Assembly (NCBI RefSeq): GCF_964204865.1
Contig: NC_135253.1
Span: forward strand, 9,920,001 to 9,984,000
Direction: 5' to 3'
DNA length: 64,000 nucleotides
Source of the DNA: Styela clava
Taxonomy: Eukaryota
The notes beneath the pieces were generated by a model. It was not told the DNA's origin and did not search any database. It saw only the letters and a program-made list of their open reading frames with translations. Every line of letters starts with the position of its first letter. Position 1 is the first letter of the stretch. Positions 1-12,979 of the stretch are shown piece by piece. The translations under genes and the position numbers were made by a program.

Positions 1-464
1 AACATATGATCTATTTTTCGAATTCCAAAAAAAAATGAGCTACAGAACTTCCGTCGGCATAGTTAGGGCATGAAAGCATTTGGGCTAAATTCCAGACATG
101 TCGTGGTGATCCGTAATAATAAAAAATGGTGGTTTTGACTTTTTTTATATATTAACTCGAGGTTCAAACGACAGAAAGACCATCAAAGGATTTTAACGAT
201 CTTATTCGGTAGCACTTTAATTCTGCTACAATTTGATATAGGATTCGAATGATAAAAAAGACAGCATTTTAAGGGTAGCAGTGTAGCGGCCATTCAAAAC
301 AGTGACCGCTCTTATTGTAACTAAACTGGCAACCGTAACTTAGGGCATTGAACCCTGACCTTTTTGGTGTTGGCGGGTTCTCCTTCTGCGTGAGCCGCTT
401 GGAGGTAAGACTCCTGTGTAATAGCACTGTACAGTATATTACTATTACGGCTCAGCACCATACG

Positions 465-725
465 ATGGCGATGTGCTCGTTAGGGTGATTGAAATAAATA
501 GATCGTACAGGCACTTTGTTTTTGATGACGCGGTTCTGTCTGATTGTCCAAAGATGTTTATTGTTGAGTCAAAAGTTGGTGAAATAGTAGTCAAATACTA
601 ATGGTGAAATAGTTGTCAAACAGAAATCCGGTAAAATACAGTGCTATACACAGGAGGGACCAATAATAACTATACGAAACAAAAAAATAGAATTACTTGA
701 TGTAAATTTAAACTACGCCTAATAA
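465..725 (+). repeat. Dispersed repeat, copy A (copy B at 54200-54498)
   Basis: Shared GATGACGCGGTTCT..CCAAAGATGTT..GGTGAAATAGTTGTCAAA..CCGGTAAAATACAGTGCT..CAGGAGG..TTTAAACTA. Confidence 0.75.
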
Positions 726-950
726 ATAATACCAAAAGGATTCTTGTGTATTCCGATCTAACAATCACAGTAGCAAAACCAAAACTGCGACAGAGGAGCA
801 GATTTAATTTTTCACCATTGATGCTGAGGACCAGTGTTGTTGGCTCATAATTCAGTAATTGATCAATAGGTTAGAGCAGGGGTTCCCAGCCTTTTTTATA
901 TATCGACAAATTATTGAGCATTTTAAATATTCGCGGCACACCTATCAGTC

Positions 951-1366
951 TAGGGTTGCCAACTGTCCTTTATTTCAAAGGACAATCCTTTGATTAAGCT
1001 TTTCGGTCCTTGTCCTTTTTAGCATTTAGAAAAGATGCTAATTGTCCTTTATTCTTTCCAACGTCGTTTTGTCCGATAGTTATAGTACTGTGTTTGATAT
1101 TGTTCCGTTCTTAAGAAATCTCCTCCGTTTATGTATTTGTAAACTTTTAATTATTCTTTTTAATTTCGCTTTGGTCCAGCTCAAATAGCCAAAGAAATAA
1201 CAGTTTTATTAACATTGTTTGGGTCAATGTTAAATAAACATTACATGAAAAACACATGAAGATTGTTTTAATATATCCTTTTAGCTTGTACATGATGTTT
1301 ATTTCATTGTTTTATATTGTTCTTTCGTCTATGTCCTTCATTCAAACTTTTCATAGTTGGCAACCC
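951..1366. mobile_element. Nested hAT (Blackjack-like) MITE
   Basis: TAGGGTTGCCAACT..AGTTGGCAACCC inverted ends with TGTCCTT subterminal repeats; TSD unclear. Confidence 0.6.
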
Positions 1367-1803
1367 GTCCCTACTTATCACAAAACATGGCATTTTCCGT
1401 CATGAAGTCATTTTGCTATGAAATAATAATGATCAAATAAGATCAGATAGGGAGAATTTCATTCATGTTAATACAACATACTCTGTATTTAGCAACAGGT
1501 GTAAAATAAGAATGGTGATATCAGTAGGACTGTTATGCCTGGTGTTTTTTCCCCACTGCTGCAATTTGTGGACGAATGTGAATACCAATAAATTCGTCTA
1601 TATTCAAACACATGTTGTTTCTGTTTTCTCACAACAATGTACACGAGAGCGCCTTCGTAGCACCTAACGACGGCTAACGTTATTGTAAAAGATGCGCGGC
1701 CGCACGGGTAATGCGTGGTTTTCAAACGTAATGGCGATCACGCGTTTCGGTTTTGTTCGCTCTTCCCCGTTCCATGTTACGCCTTTACTATTATCACGTA
1801 TTT

Positions 1804-2138
1804 TCCCTTTTGCACAATATGATTCTTTTTGTTATACAATTTATTATGTTTCTCCCATTGCCAAAATCATTCAATAGCGTTATTGTCGGCAATTGCGGGG
1901 GAAATAAAAGACTTTTCACGTTGTGAATTTCGTGCATGGCCTGAGCATAATTTGATGGACAGCATCCCTTTTGCACAACATGATTCTTTTTTTACAATTT
2001 ATTATAACATTATTACAATTTATTTATGTTTCTCCCATTGCCAAAATCATTGAATAGCGTTATTGTCGGCAATTGAGGGAGTAATAAAAGACTTTCCACG
2101 CTGTGAATTTCGTGCATGGCCTGAGCATAATTTGATGG
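1804..2138 (+). repeat. Tandem duplication (~155-175 bp, 2 copies)
   Basis: 1804-1958 and 1965-2138 are highly similar (TCCCTTTTGCACAA...GCATGGCCTGAGCATAATTTGATGG). Confidence 0.9.
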
Positions 2139-5065
2139 CAATGATCACAGCATGTCGAAAAGCTTATTCCAGTTTTCAGACCGCAGAAACTATTCGAAAA
2201 GGTAACCTTTTTTGTGTTCGAGATATGAAATAATCGTCAATTCTACCACGCTTCCTTGAAGTAGTGCAATTTACTAAATTCAATGAAAGTTTATTGAGGT
2301 TCATTGCATCAGTGTTTGGACTTTCACGCGTTTCGCCAGATTACTGACGTGATCACAACATATAATATCTTTATCAAATAATTCGAATATTGCTGTTAAC
2401 CGGCTGTTACCGCCCGTCCTATTTTTTTTACAAGGACCAATTCTTACACAACGGCGAACGTCTAAGTTTGGCTTTATATTCCTAGGAAACCTATGCGTTC
2501 ATATCGGGACATATCTTAGCGACAGCTATTGAGGAGTAAATTTAAGATTTTATTCCGATTTTTATTTTTTGCGCCGACTTTTATCGCTTGTAAATTAACT
2601 GTCCCAATTTTAAGCTAACAATATTACCATTTCTGACGCCGGATTGTGGATATTTATTAAGACCTTAGTTGACCTTCCTACAATTTTACTTTTCTATTGT
2701 GCCTGTTTCATTTTTGTATTAAATAGTGAATGAAAACCCGGCAAAGTCATTGCATGAATCCTGTTTGTTATTTTGAGTTTAAACAATGATTCAATGAATC
2801 TGCAATAATGGCAATTCTACTAGTCAAATAATAATTTCCTGGTAAAATTTGGGAAAAAGGATTAAAACAATACTCAAATACGAATCCTCACATTTGTTAT
2901 TTCTGCGTGTTAAGAAGGGCCGTGGGGTAATTCTCGCGGAATTCAATGGATCGTTTTAGTGATGCGCGAGTTCCGTGCCAAGCAAAGCGGCATAGGGACT
3001 GGATATATGAGTATTAAATGACATGCTGATACTTGAGAGAATAAAAATGAAAGGATATTGTTGTTACGTAACGATACATTAAGCGGTGTTTTTTTGGTTA
3101 GTAATCCAAGTTTACAATCATCTTCTTTCTAAGTTTTAAATCAAAATGCGCGTCTGTAAGTCGATATGCTGACTTTCAACTGTCTATTGGAATCACTTTA
3201 AATGAATTCAAAAATGAAATCTATTCGCGGCACACCAAAATCAGCCCGCGGCAAACTAATGTGATGCGGCACGGTGGTTGGGAACCATTGGGTATTAGAG
3301 CAAGTAGAGATACCATTGATGTATAGAAGAATAATGCTTCTAAGCGAGAACCACGGACATTTTCTGTTTTCAAAAACGAAGCACACAACTTTTTGTCAAT
3401 TTCTTTATATACTGTCTATCTGTAACCTAGCCCATACAAAAAGGGCTCGCCTATTTGCTAATTCCCTAACGATTTAGCCTATGGAGAAGTATATTACGAT
3501 TTAAGGTTACACTCTACAAGCTGAAATGGACAGTTTGTCGTGAAAAAATCTGAACTGTTAATGCCTTCTGTAGAAGAATCGCAGCTACATCATTGAAACA
3601 TGCCACAGAAAATCAAATAAACGAGAAGACAAATTATCAAGGAATTTAATACAATTTTCAGGAACTGCTTTTTAGTAAAAGTCGTCAGATCTATTTTCAA
3701 CAGCATTCTATTTATGATGACGTAATCGGCATGTTAAAATACCTTCTAAAACTTATGAACATATGTATCGAGAAAAGTTGGATAAATGATCAGATCAATT
3801 TTATTGTTATGTCAGAAGAATTTTAACAACATTGTTGTCAGTGTCCGCACTCTGGTATAATGGGGTAATTTATTGTTAGATTCGAAGAAGGCTGTTGTTA
3901 TTATTAAATTTTATCACTCGAATGTTGGTATGATTTTGTGTTAATTCATGACTTAATTAAAGGGTGACTGAAAAACACGGGGAATCACTTTCTGACCGCG
4001 GGACGGTGGTGCGCCATCCCTGGTTTAGCCTGATAAATATTCATAATATTCCGACCAACAATGATCACAGTCCGGAGGCTGAGAACGACTTCAGATAACA
4101 TGTGGTCTCCCAACTGTGAATCCGGAGCGAATACCACCCAGCATAGAATGAGGTATGGTGAAATTGCTATTCTGAAAATACTCACTATCTAACACGCCAG
4201 ACTCAGAAAGCTGCCGTTAAAAAACCACAAACTAGCAGGATACATTCCAAGAGCTACAAACAAGCAGGTTCCAAACAAATGCAGATAATGAAATCTACCA
4301 CAAAACGTTAGCAAACTTCCTCTATTGTTTTTTAACACTCGTAAACGCTGGAGTATTTACCTTTTTCAACTTATTGCGAAATTGCGGGAGTTAGTAAATA
4401 TCAGAGTAGAATCGGGCATTATCAAAGTCACAAACGCACAGTAGAGATAAAGTAAAAGTTAAACTAAATGATATTGAAAAAGAATCAAATTTTTAAAAAA
4501 ATTGTTTATACTTTCAAAACAGCATAACTGTCGAAAAAATGTTTTATAAAAGTAAAAATTGCCTTCTTGAAATTCCGGGATTTTAGTGTAAGTTAATTTT
4601 GGTATCTGTAACAGAAAAAAGAGTCGAAATCTCAAGATTTCTGGGATCCCATTTCTAGGAATAGATTAATGGGGCACGAATCTCATTATGACTATAGCTT
4701 CCAATCTGGCAAGAGATGATTCCATCGCTCACAGTATTTTTTACGCAATCGCTGCTAATCTTCCAAATAGGGGTCCGCGGACAAGCAGGGGTCCGAGAAA
4801 TAGTTCTGGGAGAACCAGTGAAAATGAAATAAACTCGTACCAATACCCAGTACAAGATGAGCATAAATTGAAAACATTTCCGGGGGGATTACTGATATTT
4901 TTACTTGTCGCATGATTTTAATCGATTTAGTCTTTTCACTTGGGATTTAGAATAACAGTTCAATTCCCCACTCATTTTCCCGCCTCATATAATCTATCAG
5001 AGCGCACATGTTAATTAGCCAATTGTTAGAGTTGTTGAATAGAAAACGTGTGATATAGTTTATTG

Positions 5066-5536
5066 CAGCGGTTCTCAAACTTTTCTCCGTGCTGTGCCCA
5101 ATTATCAGGAAAAAAGTTTAGGCGCAATGACACGGAAACGAAAAAAAAACGCTGCCTTCAGATAAACCTCAATTTCGTTAAGCAGATGACAATAGCAGCC
5201 AGTAGTGTCTACCTGAATTGTTACGTAACAATAGAGGCAGACACTACGTAATCGAAAGTAAACGACTTAAAGAGATAAGAAGAATTCATTGATTGATATG
5301 CACAGCATTTAAAATGAGAAACAATAAAACATTTATAATAAATACAATAGGTAAAATATTTATTCATATAATAATTATGTTTAACACAATTCTGTTTATT
5401 TTCGAGGCGCACTAAGCAAACCCCCCATATTTGCACATATTTTACAGGTTTACATTTTTTTTAGACTAGGCCACGAAGGGATTCACAAAAATCAAAATAT
5501 TTTAGGATCCGTGTTGAAAAAATGTAACAACCACTG
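5066..5536. mobile_element. Degenerate hAT-Charlie-like MITE
   Basis: CAGCGGTTCTCAAAC left end and degenerate AACCACTG right end; no clear TSD. Confidence 0.45.
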
Positions 5537-5547
5537 AACTATAGCCT

Positions 5548-5836
5548 ATGGAGTCGCAGTTCCTCCCACTTCATGGCAGCTCCTGCCACGAACGAACCGA
5601 TGGCGGCGCATGCCATGGGTGTTGGCGCTATTACCGGTATATTGACAAAGTCATGTACCAGATTTTAATTTATCATGCGGAATTATATCTATTTAAACCT
5701 GAAACCAGATCGACTAAAGAATTTTACCCGCCATTGGTTTGTGGCGTTTAAAAAGTCAGTCGCCATGGTTTGGTCATAGCGGCCATGGTTTGGAAATCCC
5801 GCCATGGTGTTGCGGCATGGTTTAAACTGCACTTGC
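5548..5836. mobile_element. MITE-like element with GCCATGG subterminal repeats
   Basis: Flanked by tagcct direct repeat, imperfect inverted ends (GAGTCGCAGTT / AACTGCACTTG), about 6 GCCATGG(TT) motifs. Confidence 0.5.
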
Positions 5837-8800
5837 TAGCCTCTACACCTGGAATGAATGACCGGTTGGCTATTTCCATTCTCACCTGAAAATCTGTATT
5901 AACAAAGCCTTTTTGCATGACAATTATACCTAATTCTTAGACAATAGCAGAGACAGTAAAGACGTTCATTTAATTATAAATATAAACACAAAAATAATAA
6001 ACTAAGACAGAAAAAATCTAAGAATAAACTGAGAGCATGTATTTATGTTTTTATATCTATTTCAATGGCGACGGAAACAGCTGCGGCAATGCAATATGCA
6101 GGGATTATGAAAAATTCTTTTGATTTCTCTTCTTAGAGCCCGTCTGAGGTCCATAGTATATATGCATAAGCAACAAAACATTACTTTCTGTAAAATATAG
6201 CGATATGCATATATTTTACAGTGGGATTTCTAAATTCACCAAACTAAAGCAAACAATTCAAAACATTTCAGTGTGTACTTGTGTTATATGCAATGAAATT
6301 ATAAATATACCTTCGGTCAAATATTCATTGGTTTTAATGGTATCATACTGTATATATTCATGGGCCAATATTAAATCAGTCAATAGCACCTGACGTATAT
6401 CATTCCGTTAGTAATGATGTAAATGCCACATTGATATATAAACTTTTGTTTTGACGCATGGGATTGTTTTCCAATTGACACGAAGGATTATAGGCTATGA
6501 CTCATGCCTTCACTTTCCTCAACCAGACAAAACCCAAGTGCAAGAGTTTTTCGAACGTACATACCCTTTTCTTGTCAACCGTGACCATTACTCGGAAATT
6601 GTTGTTTTAGAGAGATTATTCGGTGTTTTCGTCATAATATAGAATGAAACTTTAGTTTAATTTGATGTATTTCAAATAAGATAAAATATAGCCAATATAA
6701 CTGGCAGTGAAAGAAATTGAAAACATTTTGATTTTATTTTTGTTTTTCTATAATTTACATTTTTTGAGTGTGATTCATAAAAACTTTCAAAATAGTTAGA
6801 AGAAAGCAACTGAACCGATGTTTATTTCCGCTTGGAAATAACCAAATACAGATGAGAAAAGATATTTCCCGGTTTCCAGCAACATATCGCGCCTTTGCCA
6901 TTTTCTGCGCGAAACCTATTACGCCATATGTCATGATTGGAAGCATAAGTAAATGAGATAAAGTTTTCTGGGAACTCGGGCAGTTTATTCCAATCTGTAG
7001 AGTCATTAGTGGTGGATTGATCTACAAGATCTTTATGTGTGCATCAAATGTGTATCTCAATTTTTCAATGCCTATCAACGATAGTACAGAGGTAATACCA
7101 CAAAATTTCAACGAATGTCAATGAAAGCAAAATAAAATTTCCAACTGTGATTTGAAATTCCATTTACATTTATGATAAAAGCTAAAATAGCACTCTTTCC
7201 CCCTTATCGGAAATAGATTATTGATTTGTCAAGCGTTGTCACATTCAGGGTCGCGTTGAACGGAAGTACGGTGGTTCTATTTTTAATCCACCACATTTAT
7301 TATGCATCTCGGAGATAATTTGATCAACTAAACTTCCCACCGATATACACAATTACTTCAAGTAGTCCTCTTAATTAAGCATGTGTAACACCATTAATAG
7401 CGGGAAAGGCGAATTACGTCAGAACCACTTACCTGTGCCTTAAGATAACAGCATTGACCAGCGAAACATTCCCTCTTAAAGGTTATATGTTTCAGATCAA
7501 ATACTTCTCAAACAATTGTTATACAATATTATATACTTTACAACTAAAGTATAAATCAAATAATCTATAAATAATCGGAAAACCATGAATCGCGAAGTGA
7601 CGTGTAGAAGATATAACGAAATTAATATATATATAAGTACAATAATTTCGACCAATTATTTTTTGGCCAAACACACCATCTCATTCTTGCTATATATAAA
7701 TTGGATCGGTTTCAAGCTTAAATTTAGCTATTCCTAGCTTCTATACAATAAATAGTCGTTAAAGATGCTTTAACGTATAAGTTCCTTTTCGATCGATGAG
7801 TAGGATAGCTCTTAGCTTTTATTTTCGAGTGCGTGCAACGAATAAATTATGAGACCTGCATATCAAGCTAAATTTACTGCAGTAGAGACTTAAATCCGTG
7901 TGAACATGATAGAATTTCGATTGTTGGTTCACCTTAGATCACCTTGCGTATCGTGTGTCGAACTTGTTGGTTTTCTCGAAGATGCGATTTTGTTAAACCT
8001 CGACGTACAGAAGTGGAGTGAATCATATTGAGACATGAAAACAAAACGATAGCGGCGCATCTATCCGTCCATATTCCTAATATCGTTCATAATTAACGTT
8101 GTCGGTTGGTGAGTAATGCTCATTAAAAAAATTGGTCGATGAATACAGCCATATATATTGTTTTTGTAGCTTACTTCTGTTTATTCAACTTTTGCTTAAA
8201 TATACATCTTGGTGGAGTATCCTGACTGTGACTGCTAAGCAGAATTTTAAAAAATTGCACTCTGGTTCAAATGGTCTCTCATAAAAACCTATAAGAGACT
8301 AAATTAAAACATAAACATATAGAAAAGTTGATGCACTGAATCAGCGTTTAATATTGCTTTTTTAGTTTTATTTCTGGTATAAACATTTTTCCTGGTCGTG
8401 GTCAACAAAATACATGATTGCCGTGAAATTTACTCGATGTTTTTATCTTACTTTGTTCATTTATGTGTTTTGTGAATAGCGCATTTTATAAACACTCCAA
8501 CCATCAAAATTTCTTATACAGGTTTTATCAGACCCACAAATAATTTGATATGTATTCTGTTGTCACGGATTTATTTGGTGTTGAACGTATTACTTGATGC
8601 CTATCAGTTTGCTGGTATTTTGCAAAGTAACATTTCTTGTTGAGCAACCAGTATAAATTTTATCTGACACCATCTACTGTTATGTACATACATTATAGGA
8701 AGATGTAGAAATACAAGTATGAAACCACAGATATTTTGCATTTCCGTAAAGTTGAGGAAACTCGAATCTGTAAAGATATTTGTTCTTTTTTGTCACGTGT

Positions 8801-11800
8801 AAACACCATTGCAGTTGAAAATTCAAAACAGATTTGACCAAGTTCCATTCAGACTTGTAAATTAGTAATGCTGACGCATTCCGTCCTAAACCGTGGATAT
8901 GGCTGTATAAGGCAAAATTTGTGCTAACCTACTGAGTGGGTATTCTTCATTCCATGAAAAAAACTGTTTCTCCTTGCAAAACGCATAAAAAACAATCGCT
9001 GAAATTTTATAACTAACGAAGCAACATGATATAATGCAAATATTTCATGCTTGCTAGGCCCTGTTCCGGTATGCATTTTTTCAACTAAATACTGAATGTT
9101 GGTTGAACAATGCTTACGATTCATATAGGGTTAAACACGGGGCGTAAACAGACTTTAAACAGAACATTTGAGCTCCGTTTTGGTGAGGGTCACCATTGAT
9201 CGTTGCTTAGTCATTTCTGGACCATTGGAGGACAACGTCAAGTTGGCTTGATTTGTCAATGTCTTTATTTCAAGCTCAAATTCATTGCCATCAATGACTG
9301 AACGACTTAGTTATTGTTGATTAAGGTTTCGCTTCAAGGACTGGATTCTCTAAGCGCATCAAAACATTCTATTGGGAGAATTAGCCCTTGGATTTTGGTT
9401 TTACTGAAAGGATTAAAAATTTTGTTTTTCAGGGGAGCATGCTAAATATTTCCGGTGTGGGTCACGATCTATTTATACAAATTAAGAACATTTTTGAGTA
9501 GAATGCAACTTGGATCTTTTACACCCTAACTATCAAAGACTCGAAACTATTTTTAGCCTCACTGCCATACCAAGCTAGTCCCCTGAACCGAGGATTAACG
9601 CGGATTAGACATCGTTCCAGGGGGCAATGTCGCGAGAAAAAATGCCTTTCAATGGTCATCTGACGATCAAAAATTTATGTGCTCAGACGATCATTTTCAC
9701 AGCCGTATTTAATGTAAAAATGAAAAAAAAAATTCTGTACAATATTTGCACATCTGTTTAAATTGTGAATGTGATGAAAAATAGTCATTTGACAGAACTG
9801 ATGAATTTTTGTTCGTGATTACTGATAAAAGCAAAAATGACAACGAGATAACATATTCGAAGGAAACTGAGATAATGAGGGCTTTTACTGACCACTTGAG
9901 AAAAACTTTTTTTCAAACTTTTCCTTGACATAATTTTACCTTTTTTATTGAAAAATCAGTGGTTCGGCTTCGTACAAACCTTTTAGTGGTCTACGAATAC
10001 ACCTCATAATCCCAGGCATCTTTTTTAACAGGCTGGCAATTTCCGTGACACCAGCTGTAGTTGTATGTTTGTGTATTGACTTGCGAATAATCTCGTATAC
10101 GATTGTGAAATACAAGTTACAGTTACCACATGAACAAGAATCGATCTAAATTAGTCAACATTTACAACTTGTTCGCTAACCATTACGAAAGATATACACA
10201 TAAAATGTTTCGACATACTTTATGCCATCCATTTTAGAGCAACGTATTTTATAGCGACAATGATAACATAGCTTATAGCGCAAGACTCAATAGGCTGGTC
10301 TAGCTCAAGCGAAACGTCATACAACCCAAATCCTTTTCATAAACCTATTTTGGGGCAAGTACTGGCTTATATTATAAAAGAATATTCTAATCCCATACTG
10401 AACTAATCCCACTCAGATTTCCGGACAAAGTGAAGACCAGAGCTGTAGATAGACTGCATCATCATTGTATTAGAGAAAATATTTGGCAACGAAATTCAGC
10501 AAAATAACAAATCAGTCAAAATTAGAAAAGAAATTGAAAAATTCATCTCCGGCCACAGAAAAATGGGGCGTGATTTTACATTGTCCCATCGCCATATATA
10601 ATAGTAACATAACATTCTTGAAAATATATATTTTTTTCGCTAACCTGTTGACCTATAACTTTTATTAGTTAGGTAGAGAAAGGCCCTAATCGGAATTCAT
10701 GTGATCTCTTCGTGGATGGGATATCAATATACATTTACCCTAGTATGTAATTTTAAAAAAAATTGCGATTTTTTCCAAAGTATTTTACACTGCAGTTTTT
10801 GATTTCCTGATTATAAGCACGAACCGCCACAAACAGACTTTTGTAAATTTGAACCAGTCGCGACATCCCAGCATTCTTGCTTCACACCATCTCGACAAAC
10901 ACGCAAAACTGTTTTAAAGCAGTTTTCCCCCACGTCTTAGCGCATGTGCAGTGACACGAAAATATAGAATTTCTACAGAGGTCATTAGCATTCTTGCGGT
11001 AAGAATTTCATCTCGCCTTTCGCGTTCGACGAAAACAACCGACGGATCGAAAATTTAAACTTTGTTCAAAACTTTATCTCACCCCGCCATTAAATTATCA
11101 GATGACGGATAGAAAGCGAACTGTCAAAGATGGCGTCAAATTAGGTTACCATCGCAAGCTTTTCGGTCAGTAACCACTGAAAAATACCTGGCGCCGCTGC
11201 AGTCGTTTGCCATCTAGTCGATATCCATTTACATGTCGTGTATGGCATGAACGATTCCATACTGAAAATATGGTTATGAAGTATTTACTCACAAGCCAGG
11301 CATTAGCTCTAGCTTGATAAATCATAAATTGACAATATTACTAACAAAAAACCTATTTCAACTTGTGAGTTAATATTTTCAACGAAAAAATTGCTAGTTT
11401 TCAGCGAGACTTTTCTATGACCCATCGGTATTTATATATAAGATATGTAGGAATTGAAAAATTTTCAATGCGATGAAAATTATAGAATTATAAAATATAG
11501 GCTTAAGCATAGCATCTCATCTCTCATGGATAAGCGGTAAAAGCAGGTAAAAGTCGCAAAAAACATCACCCACTAAATACAACATATACTATTTTGTTTA
11601 TAGACGTCACGATGACGTCATCAAACGCAAATTTAATTTGCTTTATGAGAAATCGATTTTGGACGGAGATGATGACTTTATAGTTGGTGACGTTTATTTA
11701 ACAACAAATTTTTGACTTGGTTGATAGAATACTATCTTTTTGAAAAACAATTTAAATGGCAAAAAAGTAGGAAAAAAAGATTAAAGGAATAATAAACAAA

Positions 11801-12611
11801 TGAAGAAGCGGTATTATAGTTGTTGATTAGAAATAATTTGTTTAGCAAAGAAAAGAAAAATAACACAATAAAATAACATAAAAACGAAAAAGTGCGAAAC
11901 TCAATATTTAAGGCAAATCGATTATAAAACACATGAAATATGGTATATCGTCTGCAAATATGAAAGCAGAAATTGTAAGTCTTTTATCTATGTAATGATT
12001 GAAAGCAATTGTGGTTCAAAAATCGATTTTTTGCCTAATTTATGCAAAGAATTACACAAACACATCATTTATTTTGAATTTCCGAGAAAACTGTTATATT
12101 TCACACGAACATGCGAGAAATGGAAAATCGAAAAAAAATCAGACTTATTACTGATATTTCCAAGTGCTATTCGTGTCGAAATCCTGTTAGCAAATAATCG
12201 TGACTCTGTGAATATCGAACGTATTCACTGAAATTAAATCCGTGTGAAAATTTGCTTTTTGCAAATACAAAAACGTCAATTCTCTTGATAAAACCTCGCT
12301 TAAATGTTCTGTGAAATACGCCAAGCCTGCACAAGTTGCTTTCGGATCGATATGTTAATCGTCGGCGCCTTTGGCAGACGAATTTGGACCCTTTAATCGT
12401 TTTAAGTGGCTTAATGCAGGCTGTTGCATCGCTTTTCCATCAGTAACACTGTTCGGTATTTCGTTTGTATTGGCCAAATCGAGCGCTCAGTTTTTGGCCG
12501 GTAATTGTACCCTGTCGCGAAGTCCTACTCATGCGGACTTTATTCTCGGCGATCAGCATCGTTATTGAACATTCTGGAACTTTAGTGTTGCAATATATGA
12601 TTGTAAAGCTA

Positions 12612-12979
12612 TCAAACTTCCATTGTTGAACCTGCGTGATCCATCATAGTTTCGTTATACGGCGGTGGCGCGGGTAAATCTTGTATTTCTAAATGGTGGT
12701 GATGACTGTTCGGCCTCCCTGTTGAATGCACGCGAAGCTGAGCAGCTTGGTGCGAGGGAATGCGCATTAGGGTGACTTGAGTTTGTGGAGTAGGACTCCT
12801 GCTGGCGACGATTCCTGGGTGGTGCTGATATTTCTTGACGTGTCGTCGCTTTCGATAAACTTTGTATCCCAAAAAACCCAATAATACAATAAACAATACT
12901 GCGCAAGCGCCAAGGACGACGCCGATTACTAGTCCATTACTGTTCACTAGTTCAGTGTTGTTGCTTTCCCTTTTGCCAC
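12612..12979 (-). CDS. EFNB: Ephrin exon 5 (TM helix and cytoplasmic tail)
   Basis: TTTTTACAG| acceptor in phase. TM LVIGVVLGACAVLFIVLLGFLGY followed by basic KVYRKRRH; tail with PPPPY and terminal TMEV. Confidence 0.85.

Larger units (their letters stand above)
877..3290. mobile_element. Old non-autonomous hAT (Charlie-like) element
   Basis: Imperfect TIRs (CAGGGGTTCCCAGCC / GGTTGGGAACCATTG), subterminal TATTCGCGGCACACC near both ends, degenerate TSD (ggttagag / ggtattagag). Confidence 0.6.

Noticed and set aside
2250-2490. LINE ORF1-like peptide (VRRCVRIG..) on the minus strand
   Set aside because: Too short and degenerate to support without a database search.
6062-6188. Possible minus-strand terminal exon (..DLRRALRREIKRIFHNPC..) with a strong donor at ~7432
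   Set aside because: No coherent multi-exon ORF or recognisable domain could be assembled.
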